The translations under genes were made by a program, and so were the position numbers. 36,920 nt of DNA. It comes from a virus. Location of the stretch: positions 1 to 36,920 of IMG/VR virus record IMGVR_UViG_3300027834_000004. One strand, 5' to 3'. Below the pieces are notes generated by a model. That model ran no database searches. It was not told where the DNA came from and worked only from the letters and a program-made list of their open reading frames with translations. Positions 15,110 to 23,687 of the stretch are shown here, piece by piece. Position 1 is the first letter of the stretch; the number at the start of each line of letters is the position of its first letter.

Positions 15110-16366
15110 ATGGCGACTACAGGTAAGATTGCAGAGGTTCTTTTTGAGAACGCTCTAGAGACTATTGAAGACCAGACTATGCTGGTTGATATGTGTGAAC
15201 GATTTGAGCCAGATGCTGGCAACATGCAGAATTCTAGCAATGTTGTATGGCGTCCAGTTGAGCAGCAAGCTGTCATTTTAGACGGTTGGGACTTAACAGG
15301 CCAAGAGTCTGACATTGTCGAAGAAACATACCCTGCCATTCTTGGCACACCTAAAAACGATTTCGTTAAGCAACGTGCTGATGATATGCGTGATATGCAA
15401 TTCTGGGAGCGTCGCGGTAAGCGTTCTGGTATGCAGCAAGCAGTTGAATTAAATAAGACTATTGCTGATACCATTAAAACTCAGGGTTCTTTGTATTATT
15501 CAAGCTCTGCTACTTCAGGCTATAACTTTATTGCCGAAGCTCAAGCATTGATGAATGAACAGCAGCGCACACAGACAGACCGTTATTTCGTGCTTAATGA
15601 CCGTGATAACTTAACCTTTGGTGCTGACCTAGCTGGTCGTCAAACTCTACAGGGTCGTCCTGAAGATGCATGGAAGACCGGTCAAATCGGTCAAAATGTA
15701 GCTGAGTTTGATGTTTACACTGGTTCGTTCCTACCTACCCTGGCTGGTGCTGCTAGTCCTGCTGCTACTGTAACAGGCACTCAAAGCTTCAAGCCTGAAG
15801 GTGGTTCTGTTGATACTGCAAGCGGCATTGTGACTAACGTCGATTACCGTTCTGCTGTTATCCCTTGCTCAGACTCTACTGGTTATGTAGTTGGTGATAA
15901 GGTGACAATGGGCGTTAATGCTGTTGGCGCATCTGATAAAACAGATACAGGTCAATTACGCACGTTCACAGTTGTAGCTAAGCCAGACGGTACATCAATT
16001 ACAGTTTATCCTAAGCCTATTGCTTTAGATGATCCTGCTTTGTCTACCTTAGAAAAAGCTTACGCAAACATTGATACTCGTATCACTGGTGCTACTGTTA
16101 TTGCCCGCTTAAACGTGGCTGATGATAAGACTAACTTGTTCTGGGATAAGGACGCTGTTGAAGTTCTATCTGGTAACATTCCTGCTGACTTGTTCTCAAG
16201 CTTTGACGGAATGAAAGTTATCAACACAACCATGAGCAATGGCCAGTCCATGTACATGGTTTATGATGGTAATGTTGCAGATATGACGTTCCGCTATCGT
16301 ATGTTCACATGGTGGGGTGTTACTGTACGTGATCCTTCACGTTGTGGCGTAGCTGTTACGGCTTAA
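15110..16366 (+). CDS. major capsid (coat) protein, P22 gp5 family
   Basis: 418 aa. NSSNVVWRPVEQQ..GWDLTGQ, NDFVKQRADDMRD, QSFKPEGG, YPKPIALDD..EKAYANIDT and TNLFWDKDAVEV match recalled P22 coat motifs. Confidence 0.92.
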   Translation: MATTGKIAEVLFENALETIEDQTMLVDMCERFEPDAGNMQNSSNVVWRPVEQQAVILDGWDLTGQESDIVEETYPAILGTPKNDFVKQRADDMRDMQFWERRGKRSGMQQAVELNKTIADTIKTQGSLYYSSSATSGYNFIAEAQALMNEQQRTQTDRYFVLNDRDNLTFGADLAGRQTLQGRPEDAWKTGQIGQNVAEFDVYTGSFLPTLAGAASPAATVTGTQSFKPEGGSVDTASGIVTNVDYRSAVIPCSDSTGYVVGDKVTMGVNAVGASDKTDTGQLRTFTVVAKPDGTSITVYPKPIALDDPALSTLEKAYANIDTRITGATVIARLNVADDKTNLFWDKDAVEVLSGNIPADLFSSFDGMKVINTTMSNGQSMYMVYDGNVADMTFRYRMFTWWGVTVRDPSRCGVAVTA

Positions 16367-16377
16367 GCAGTAATAAT

Positions 16378-16407
16378 AAGGGGTCTATATGGCCCCTTAT
16401 TTCTCTT
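16378..16407 (+). terminator. hairpin and partial terminator after the coat gene
   Basis: AAGGGG-tctatatgg-CCCCTT followed by ATTTCTCTT. Confidence 0.5.
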
Positions 16408-16423
16408 CACTAAGGAAATTAAA

Positions 16424-16681
16424 ATGTCTGTAGTTGTTTATAAGGACGGTGTTGAATCACTGATTAATCCTTTAAGTTTAAAAAAGCATTTAGATATTGG
16501 CTATACATTAGAGCCTAAAGCAGAAAAAGAACCTGCAAAAGAAGTCATTGAAGAAACGCCTATGAGTGATGTAGAGCGAGACCTTCGAGACAAAATTAAA
16601 GCACTTGGCGGCAAGGTTGGCGGAAGAGCTAGCTTAAAAACCGTTGAGGCAAAACTGAAAGAGTTAGAAGAGGCTGAGTAA
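16424..16681 (+). CDS. small protein with a HeH/SAP-like C-terminal motif
   Basis: 85 aa. LRDKIKALGGKVGGRASLKTVEAKLKELE resembles HeH/Rho-N-like motifs common in phage head modules. Confidence 0.55.
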   Translation: MSVVVYKDGVESLINPLSLKKHLDIGYTLEPKAEKEPAKEVIEETPMSDVERDLRDKIKALGGKVGGRASLKTVEAKLKELEEAE

Positions 16682-17406
16682 TGGCTACTAAGGGCAGTAT
16701 TGTTAATGGCGCTTATGCTAGATTAAGAATCTCAGGATTGACTGTTAATGCGTCCCCTGAAGATGTAACTGCTGCCTTAGACGTTATGGAAGATATGTGT
16801 GCAGAGTTTGAATCTCGCAATATTTGTCTAGGCTATAATTTTACAGATGATCCAGACCCCGCAGATGATGCTAATGTATCAAGAGAAGCGGTTGGCTCGC
16901 TAAAGGATATTCTAGCCTGGAGAATGGCCATGTTCTTTGGTAAGCAGATACCTCAATCAATGGATAATCTGCAGCGCAAGGCGGTTAATGTTTTGTCTGG
17001 CTTAACAGCTAGAACAAATAGAGTTCAGGCTTCACGTAGAATGCCTAGAGGCTCAGGCAATACCAATAGATACAATCGCTGGCAGCGCTACACAATACCT
17101 CAGGCAGTGGCTCCTGTTGATTGCACGACCAACTTCATTACGTATAACGGAATATTAGATTTCCAAGAGGATGTTAATTACTTCCTTAATGGCGAATCAA
17201 TAACGTCTTATATTTTCGATGTGTCGAATGGACTAACTATTCTCAGTGATTCAGAGGCTGACGGTGTTATTTCCTACCGTGTTGAGTGTGGTTCTAATGC
17301 GAAAGACTTGGAAACAGTACAGATAGAAGTCACTACTGATACAGGTCGCAAGCAAAACTTCCAGATTAATTTTAAGTGCGCAGAAAGTAAGATTGCAGTA
17401 CAATAG
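16681..17406 (+). CDS. head-to-tail adaptor, P22 gp4-like, with an extra C-terminal domain
   Basis: 241 aa. The N-terminal 145 aa carry RLRISG...DVMEDMCAEFE...GYNF and RRMPRGSGNTNRYNRWQRY (compare P22 gp4 SRMPTGSGN). About 95 additional beta-rich residues follow. Confidence 0.8.
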   Translation: MATKGSIVNGAYARLRISGLTVNASPEDVTAALDVMEDMCAEFESRNICLGYNFTDDPDPADDANVSREAVGSLKDILAWRMAMFFGKQIPQSMDNLQRKAVNVLSGLTARTNRVQASRRMPRGSGNTNRYNRWQRYTIPQAVAPVDCTTNFITYNGILDFQEDVNYFLNGESITSYIFDVSNGLTILSDSEADGVISYRVECGSNAKDLETVQIEVTTDTGRKQNFQINFKCAESKIAVQ

Positions 17407-17436
17407 TTAGGCTGATTTGTGAAGGGGTCAGCACTT

Positions 17437-17448
17437 GAGGCGCGCCTC
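17437..17448. repeat. 12-bp GC-rich perfect palindrome GAGGCGCGCCTC, nested in a TGAAGG/CCTTCA inverted repeat (17420-17456)
   Basis: Read directly. It lies in the 119-nt spacer upstream of the 913-aa ORF. Confidence 0.8.
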
Positions 17449-17472
17449 TTCCTTCATATCCTTTCACACCAT

Positions 17473-17486
17473 GCCCCTTCGGGGGC
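17473..17486 (+). other. GCCCC-TTCG-GGGGC hairpin (UUCG-type tetraloop)
   Basis: Read directly. Flanked by the direct repeats CATATCCTTTCAC (17455) and CATCCCTTCAC (17493). Confidence 0.7.
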
Positions 17487-17525
17487 TCCTTTACATCCCT
17501 TCACTAAATACTAAGGTGAACACGG

Positions 17526-20267
17526 ATGGCTTTTAACCAATTCAAACTAGATAGATCAGTGCTGCAATCTCGCGGTATCTTCAATAAATATGTCTATGAA
17601 ACAGAAGACACAATAGAAGAAGTTTTAACTGCTGATTACTTTTCTGCCTCTAGATTTGCATTAACAGATAATGATGAAACTAATGGAATGGGCTGGAATG
17701 GCGGTGTCATTGATTGCTCATGCTCTAATGGTTATTTTACTGGCCGTGTTGATGACTCGGGTAGTCTTAGCAATGTGTCAGGCACAACCTCTATAAATAC
17801 CGAAGAAACCTACATACCTTTAGCTACGTCTAATGGGATTCTTGGTAACAGTGCAATGACTGAGGATGGCACTCAAATCACCTCAACTAAGCCCATACAG
17901 GTTCCTGATGGTGGCGCGCTTAAAGTTGGAGCAACGCTTGATATATTCACTTCTGGTGAAGAGATAGGATTTCAAGACTTAGTATCTGGTGAAAAAGTAA
18001 ACTCACCTTATAGAACTTATACGATTGATGGCGGCTCACAAGAAGCTATCAATATTAACCGTAGAGCGCCTTCTTTATGGCAACCATTGCAGCCTGATGA
18101 TAGCGATACATTAACGCTTACAGGTTCAGATACTCATGAAACAGAATTCACCACTACCGACCCTGCCTATGTTGCTGGTTATCGCATAAGGGGTCTTGCT
18201 GGTAAGCCTAGGATACAGCTTTTAACAGAAGATTTTGATGGTAATGATGTTGAAATACTAGACACACTTGGACAGGGAATAGAGTTAGATTTTGCTAATG
18301 GTGATGCTAATGGACAGATTGAGTTCTTCGTTGGCCTTGGTGACGGGTCTATACCTACTTATGAACTAGGTTTTAGAACTGGACAAGTAACCAAGATAAT
18401 TATATCAAGTGCAGATGGCAACTCAGTAACATACAAAGGCCTTAACAACCCTGACCCAGCTAACTTCATTCTTTACTTTCAAGCTGACCGATCTAGTCGC
18501 TTTATTGAAATAATGTACCCTGTCGATGATACGTCTGTTGATAATGTTCACACGCTAACGGCATTTGAGATAAATAGCCGTATCTCTGCTTTAGAGGATT
18601 TAAACTCAGCTAAGATTGAAACTTTATTCACTGGTAGAAGTGTTGCGGTCTCGCAAAACCCAACTGGAACTGATGCGCCTTTGCAGATTGAATTTGGCCC
18701 TGCTCAATTAGGTGTAGCTGACCCGGTTCAATTAAATCTAGATGGCTCTGTGACTATTAATGAGGCGAATACATATACATTTGTAATAACGCTTCCTACT
18801 GGCCGTCTAGGTGCCTCTGGTAACTCGGAGCTTTACGGTCGAGCTTTAATAAATGGCGCCCAGGTTGGTAGCTCAGTTTATGCAATACTTGATAATGCCA
18901 ATATAGTTACACCGCTACAGTTTACGCTAAACATTCCCATGGAAGTAGTAGATGTATTAACTGTTGAGATTATAAGAGATAGTGCAGGTAATGACTCGGG
19001 CGGCTTAATATCAGGTGATCCTACAGCGGTAGATTGGGAGAATGCCTCAAGCGCAGCTATAACATGCTCTCGATTAATTCCTATTTCTTCAGTAACGCCA
19101 ACACCGCCAGACTCATTATCTAGATATGTATTGGTTAAAGAGAAGGCCGACTTCCCACTACCAGCAAGCGGCATTATCACATTAGATTTTAATACTAACT
19201 ATGAGATAAACGGAACCATTGATTTAACTGGTGATAGATTACAGTGTAATGGCTCTAATAAAATCTTTGGTATCAATCCAAGAACAGATGTATTGATAAC
19301 TAGCAATGTAGTGGCATTGATAAGCGCTCAAGATGCTGGATTTATCGGTGATAATATAGGTCTTTCAAATCCTACTGGGTTAATATTCCAATTCCAGGAT
19401 ACGATTGCGAACACTAATAACTTATTCTTGAGGGGTTGTGTTGTATCTGGCTTCTTAGAGCTTGCTCAAGTTAGTGATTTGCTGCTTGTAGATATTGAAA
19501 AATGCGGCTTTCAAAACGGATCAAATGGTATTAGCTTTGACGGTACCTTCTCAGAAGGTGTTAGGTTTACTGGTAATGTTATTGAGGATACGGTAACAGG
19601 AACGCTTGTAGACCTTGGAACTTCCACATTCGGAGCCTTATCTTTAGATCATAACTTTGTCAAATCTAGTTTAGGCTTAGTGTTTTTGTCTGGACTTCCT
19701 GATTCTGGGAATATCCCAGTTGGGTCTCAGGCGTCAGTAATATCAAATATAACCTTTGGCGGGAATATTCCAGTTATAACTGGGGTTAAATTTACTGACC
19801 TTAGGTATGATTTCCAGATTAATAATACTATCCCTGACAGTGCACCTATTGGCTCAATGTATTCTGAGGATAACAGTATTGAAACGGAGATAGATTTCGT
19901 TGGAGTTCCTGTAAAAGTAGCAGCTACTACATCTGACGGGGCGAACATACAGAGATTTGAAATGAGCGGGGATAATGAGCTTACATACACAGGGCAAAAG
20001 GTGTTTTATGGATTAGCTACGGTATCTGCAACTATTGAGCGCGCATTCTCTTTATTTGGAAGCAAGAGTGTTAGGGTTTATGTTTATCAAAATGGCTCAC
20101 CTATTGAAGGCGGGTCTCAAGGCATAGAAGTTGACACAATAGCTAGGTCAGTTACAACATTGGCTGATGTAGTTGTAAGCCCTAATGATAAATTCTCAAT
20201 ATTTATAGCTAATGATACTGACTCTAATGACCTTATAGTTACCCAGCTTCAAGTTAATATAAGCTAA
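17526..20267 (+). CDS. large structural protein with a parallel beta-helix-like region (putative second spike or depolymerase)
   Basis: 913 aa. Residues about 560-760 show PbH1-like turns (NGISFDG..GVRFTGNVIED, LSLDHNFV). Embedded in the tail module. Confidence 0.6.
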   Translation: MAFNQFKLDRSVLQSRGIFNKYVYETEDTIEEVLTADYFSASRFALTDNDETNGMGWNGGVIDCSCSNGYFTGRVDDSGSLSNVSGTTSINTEETYIPLATSNGILGNSAMTEDGTQITSTKPIQVPDGGALKVGATLDIFTSGEEIGFQDLVSGEKVNSPYRTYTIDGGSQEAININRRAPSLWQPLQPDDSDTLTLTGSDTHETEFTTTDPAYVAGYRIRGLAGKPRIQLLTEDFDGNDVEILDTLGQGIELDFANGDANGQIEFFVGLGDGSIPTYELGFRTGQVTKIIISSADGNSVTYKGLNNPDPANFILYFQADRSSRFIEIMYPVDDTSVDNVHTLTAFEINSRISALEDLNSAKIETLFTGRSVAVSQNPTGTDAPLQIEFGPAQLGVADPVQLNLDGSVTINEANTYTFVITLPTGRLGASGNSELYGRALINGAQVGSSVYAILDNANIVTPLQFTLNIPMEVVDVLTVEIIRDSAGNDSGGLISGDPTAVDWENASSAAITCSRLIPISSVTPTPPDSLSRYVLVKEKADFPLPASGIITLDFNTNYEINGTIDLTGDRLQCNGSNKIFGINPRTDVLITSNVVALISAQDAGFIGDNIGLSNPTGLIFQFQDTIANTNNLFLRGCVVSGFLELAQVSDLLLVDIEKCGFQNGSNGISFDGTFSEGVRFTGNVIEDTVTGTLVDLGTSTFGALSLDHNFVKSSLGLVFLSGLPDSGNIPVGSQASVISNITFGGNIPVITGVKFTDLRYDFQINNTIPDSAPIGSMYSEDNSIETEIDFVGVPVKVAATTSDGANIQRFEMSGDNELTYTGQKVFYGLATVSATIERAFSLFGSKSVRVYVYQNGSPIEGGSQGIEVDTIARSVTTLADVVVSPNDKFSIFIANDTDSNDLIVTQLQVNIS

Positions 20268-20300
20268 CCACTTTTATTAGCTCAAAGTGTAATCAAGAAT

Positions 20301-20343
20301 AGCCCGTGATATAATGCCTAAAACATTAATTACGGGCTTTTTT
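20301..20343 (+). terminator. hairpin plus T-run terminator
   Basis: AGCCCGT...ACGGGCT with an inner TAATG/CATTA stem, followed by TTTTTT and ending at the gp10-like ATG. Confidence 0.6.
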
Positions 20344-21759
20344 ATGTCAGCCATAACACTAATAAAAGGGGATTCAGTTGATAGCAATGTTGACTATAGA
20401 GATTCTCTACCTGTAAATATGTATGGCGTTAATAAGCCAATTCTAGGCGCGGCTGGGTACATGTATCAAATGCCAGGGTTAACACCTTTCTCTACTGGTG
20501 AGGGTTTAGACCGTGGCGGAATATGGGTAAGTACTCCAGAATTTGAGGGTCATTATCGCGTGTCGGGCACTAACCTAGTTGTGATTAATTCGCTAGGTGA
20601 TGTAACTGTATTGGGTACGGTGCCCGGCACTGAACAGGTGCCAATGGATTTTACTTTTAACAATGTAATCCTAGTAGCCAACAAAAATCTTTATTACTAC
20701 AATCCTACTGATGGATTCAGAGAGATAACTGATGGCGGCAATGTAGGAAATCCTATCAGTGTTACCTTTGTAGCTCAGTTTGTTGTATTAACTGATGGCG
20801 AAAGAATCTATCACTCTCAGATACTAGATGAAGAGTCATTTCCACTAGCTAACGAAGCAGTAGCAGAGTTCTCACCAGATAAAACCTTGACCGTTAAAAA
20901 GAATGAAGATAATGAGCTTGTGGTGCCCGGTGAGTTCTCAATAGAGCACTTTGTATTTAACGCTGCTCCTTCTGGCTTTGCTTTCACTCCATTAGATAGA
21001 AAGGCTACTAAATTAGGTATTACTGGAACGCTTGCTATAGATGAATTAGAGGCGGTCTGGTACATAGTTGGTCGAAGAGAAGAAACCGCCCCTAGCTGCT
21101 ATGTATACTCAGCAGGGACAGGTAAGAAGATTGCTTCTAGAGAAATAGAGCAAGTATTAGCAAATTATACTGATGACGAACTTTCTACTGTTACAGTTGA
21201 CGGTATTACCTTAGATAAGGTATCGCTTGTCTTCTATCATTTCCCTAATGAGACATATCTGTTTAACGCTTCTATTGCTGAAACTCACGGCATTGATAAC
21301 GCTTGGTCTATTGTTAAAACTGGCGTTAAGACTGATAACTACAGAGCTAGAAACTTTGTGCGTGATCCTAGAATAGGTGAATGGTTAGTAGGCGATAAGA
21401 CAGATTCATCTATTGGAATATTAGATAAGAAGGTAGCCACTCAGTACGGAGATATAGCTGAATGGCTTCTGTTCACTCCTTTTATTAAATTAGAACAGCT
21501 TTCTATTGATAATCTAGAGATTGAAACTATACCGGGCATTGTTAACGATATAGAAGATGCAACGGTATTTATAAGCCGTACTGAAGATGGCAGGACATAT
21601 GGCCAAGAGTGGACTGAACTGTATGGCGATAGATGGGACTATAACAAACGCTTTTATGTTAGGCGCCTTGGTTATGTTCGTCACTGGATGGGCTTTAAGT
21701 TCAGAGGCACAAGCAGAAACCGTATGGCCTTTGGCCTATTGAATGTGGAGGCTTCTTAA
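20344..21759 (+). CDS. tail hub protein, P22 gp10-like
   Basis: DYRDSLPVNMYGVNKPILGAAGYMYQMPGL and EWLLFTPF...ISRTEDGRTYGQEW...RRLGYVRHWMGFKFRG parallel recalled P22 gp10 motifs. ATG 20344 is preferred over the track's 20314, which lies inside the terminator. Confidence 0.85.
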   Translation: MSAITLIKGDSVDSNVDYRDSLPVNMYGVNKPILGAAGYMYQMPGLTPFSTGEGLDRGGIWVSTPEFEGHYRVSGTNLVVINSLGDVTVLGTVPGTEQVPMDFTFNNVILVANKNLYYYNPTDGFREITDGGNVGNPISVTFVAQFVVLTDGERIYHSQILDEESFPLANEAVAEFSPDKTLTVKKNEDNELVVPGEFSIEHFVFNAAPSGFAFTPLDRKATKLGITGTLAIDELEAVWYIVGRREETAPSCYVYSAGTGKKIASREIEQVLANYTDDELSTVTVDGITLDKVSLVFYHFPNETYLFNASIAETHGIDNAWSIVKTGVKTDNYRARNFVRDPRIGEWLVGDKTDSSIGILDKKVATQYGDIAEWLLFTPFIKLEQLSIDNLEIETIPGIVNDIEDATVFISRTEDGRTYGQEWTELYGDRWDYNKRFYVRRLGYVRHWMGFKFRGTSRNRMAFGLLNVEAS

Positions 21760-22412
21760 TGGCTGAGACAGTAATTAGTACAATACTCAGGCAGACACTG
21801 GATTTTAGTTACGCAGAGATTGAGCAAGAGCATCCGAATTGGTCTAAAAAGGCTGTAGATGATTATTTCTATAAGCAGTCAAATATTAATACGCTTGCTG
21901 TTAGTGGTACCAATATAGAAGAGCAGGTAACACTAAACACAGCCCAGATTGAATTGAACGTAACAAATATAGCCTTAAACGCTCAAAACCTAACAAACCA
22001 CATCAATGATACAGCTGGTGCTCACAATGCATCAGCTATATTTTACGATAACTCAGGCACAAGCATATCGTTTGATAATGTCCAGGGTGCTTTATCAGAA
22101 TTAGATAGTGATTTAGATGGCCACATACTTAGCGACTCCGAGCACGGTGTAACAGGCGATAACGTAGGGACTGGAGATTTTGCTACTGCATTAGTCGGTG
22201 GTGTTGTTAATCTTTCTGCATTGATTGATGATGCTGTAGAATCGACTGTATCAGTAGATAGTCCAGATGCATCAGACTTGCCCACAGTTATTACACTGGC
22301 TAACGAGTTAAAAGGTGATGTGAATCAATTGGTTACAGACCTTAATAATTCAATAGTTCAATTCAACGCATTACTTGACGCAATGAAAACAGCTAAGCAG
22401 ATGAGTCCATAA
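21759..22412 (+). CDS. tail needle or fibre-like coiled-coil protein (gp26 position)
   Basis: 217 aa. AGAHNASAIFYDNSGTSISFDNVQGALSELD and the C-terminal ITLANELKGDVNQLVTDLN..LLDAMKTAKQM are fibre-type motifs. Its position matches P22 gene 26. Confidence 0.55.
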   Translation: MAETVISTILRQTLDFSYAEIEQEHPNWSKKAVDDYFYKQSNINTLAVSGTNIEEQVTLNTAQIELNVTNIALNAQNLTNHINDTAGAHNASAIFYDNSGTSISFDNVQGALSELDSDLDGHILSDSEHGVTGDNVGTGDFATALVGGVVNLSALIDDAVESTVSVDSPDASDLPTVITLANELKGDVNQLVTDLNNSIVQFNALLDAMKTAKQMSP

Positions 22413-22867
22413 TGGAATTAGTCAGCATAAACAAAGAGATTGTTAAGCACTTGCTTTCAGATGAAGAGCTTTTTAATAGGTTTACTGAGGACGGTATTGA
22501 ATATAATTCTTACATTGTTCCTGATGGTGTTTATCTTGGAATCTTTCATGACGATAATATTATAGGTTTTTGGGCTTTAGATTCAGAGACAAGCTCAACT
22601 ATAGGTATTCATTGCAATGTTATCGAGAAGTACCGAGAGCACAGCATGTTAGTGGGTAGTTACTTTGCTGATTACATTTTCAGCACTTATCCACATGTGC
22701 ATAAATTAAATGCTAAAATAGCCACAGCTTATAAGGATGTTTACGCCTTCACTAAGAAGTTTGGATTTAAGGATGAAGGCGTAGATAGAAAATCATTTAT
22801 GAAGGAAGGCGAGCTTTTAGACCGTCACATCCTTGGATTAACAAGAGAGGATTATAAAAATGGCTAA
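22412..22867 (+). CDS. GNAT-fold acetyltransferase-like protein (P22 gene 14 position)
   Basis: 151 aa. The C-terminus AYKDVYAFTKKFGFKDEGVDRKSF..EGELLDRHILGLTREDY is a typical GNAT ending. Confidence 0.65.
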   Translation: MELVSINKEIVKHLLSDEELFNRFTEDGIEYNSYIVPDGVYLGIFHDDNIIGFWALDSETSSTIGIHCNVIEKYREHSMLVGSYFADYIFSTYPHVHKLNAKIATAYKDVYAFTKKFGFKDEGVDRKSFMKEGELLDRHILGLTREDYKNG

Positions 22868-23687
22868 AGGCGTAAAAAGCTTCGGCGATGCTATAACAGG
22901 CAAGGATGCTGCTGATGCATCAAAGGAAGGCGCTCAGATTGCAGCAGATGCGCAACGGGAAGGGCTTGACTACCTAAAGGAGACTGAGGCCATTCCACAG
23001 GCATTTAGGCAGGCAGGACTTCAGCAGCTTGGCGCTTTATCTGGAATTTCGTACGACCCTGCAACAGGTGCGGCGACATATACAGGTGATACAGGCGCTC
23101 AAGAAGCATTGCTTGCACAGGCTCAGGCAAACCCCTTATACCAAGCTCAGCTAGGGCAGGGTCAAGAAGCGGTTGCACGAACAGCATCTGCTACTGGAGG
23201 TTTAAGAGGGGGAGGAACAGCTTCAGACCTTGCAAACTTTAGTAACCAAGCGCTAATGAATTCATATAATCAGCAGCTCTCAGGTATACAAGGATTGGCT
23301 GGGCTTCCATCTCAAGCGGGGCAGATATCGCAACAGACCGGGCAGATAGGCCAGACAATTGCTCAAGGCTTAACTGGTGCCGCTCAAGCTCAATCACAAG
23401 CTACTGGAAACCTTATTGGGCTAGGAGGGACTCTTGGAGCTGCTATGCTATCTGATGTAAGGCTTAAGACTAATATCAAGTATGATAAGCCTACCTCTCA
23501 TCCTGATATCCATTTGTATAACTGGGACTGGGTTGAAGCTTCAGGTAAAGAAGGGTCGGAAGATGGCTTCCTTGCTCAAGAAGTCGAGAAGGTTTGGCCT
23601 GAGCTGGTTATTGAAGGTGATGATGGGTACAAGCGTATTCTTAAAGATCAAATTGAATCTAAACTTAAAGAACTGGAGGCTTTGTAA
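22860..23687 (+). CDS. Gly/Gln-rich virion protein with a C-terminal S74-type intramolecular chaperone motif (gp7 position)
   Basis: 275 aa. SDVRLKTNI at residues 198-206 (nt 23451-23477), followed by ..NWDW....GFLAQEVEKVWPELV...DGY..I. Confidence 0.7.
   Translation: MAKGVKSFGDAITGKDAADASKEGAQIAADAQREGLDYLKETEAIPQAFRQAGLQQLGALSGISYDPATGAATYTGDTGAQEALLAQAQANPLYQAQLGQGQEAVARTASATGGLRGGGTASDLANFSNQALMNSYNQQLSGIQGLAGLPSQAGQISQQTGQIGQTIAQGLTGAAQAQSQATGNLIGLGGTLGAAMLSDVRLKTNIKYDKPTSHPDIHLYNWDWVEASGKEGSEDGFLAQEVEKVWPELVIEGDDGYKRILKDQIESKLKELEAL

Noticed and set aside
15034-15474. Long antisense or off-frame track ORFs inside well-supported genes: 344-526(-), 2136-2357(-), 2563-2814(-), 3945-4160(-), 4736-4981(-), 4988-5197(-), 5917-6297(-), 8491-8802(-), 9048-9248(-), 9672-9923(-), 10902-11333(-), 13437-13694(-), 14369-14593(-), 14797-15009(-), 15034-15474(-), 16060-16257(-), 18878-19180(-), 19727-19990(-), 20817-21065(-), 22043-22285(-), 23005-23187(-), 23482-23694(+), 25542-26033(-), 31183-31419(+), 33122-33331(-), 33587-33769(-), 33794-34003(-), 34644-34829(-), 35102-35491(-), 35545-35742(-), 36459-36662(+), 36538-36801(-)
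   Set aside because: Each lies inside, or mostly overlaps, a gene with motif support or tight translational coupling. They lack Shine-Dalgarno sequences and have Leu/Ser/Cys-rich shadow-frame composition.
20314-20343. The longer N-terminal extensions given by the ORF track: 20314, 2906, 6642, 7126, 7973, 8645, 33432, 33978, 29320(-) and 31546(-)
   Set aside because: The extensions start at TTG or GTG or at unsupported ATG codons. They run through terminators, Shine-Dalgarno sequences or the upstream gene. Internal ATG or GTG codons with Shine-Dalgarno sequences at proper spacing fit better.
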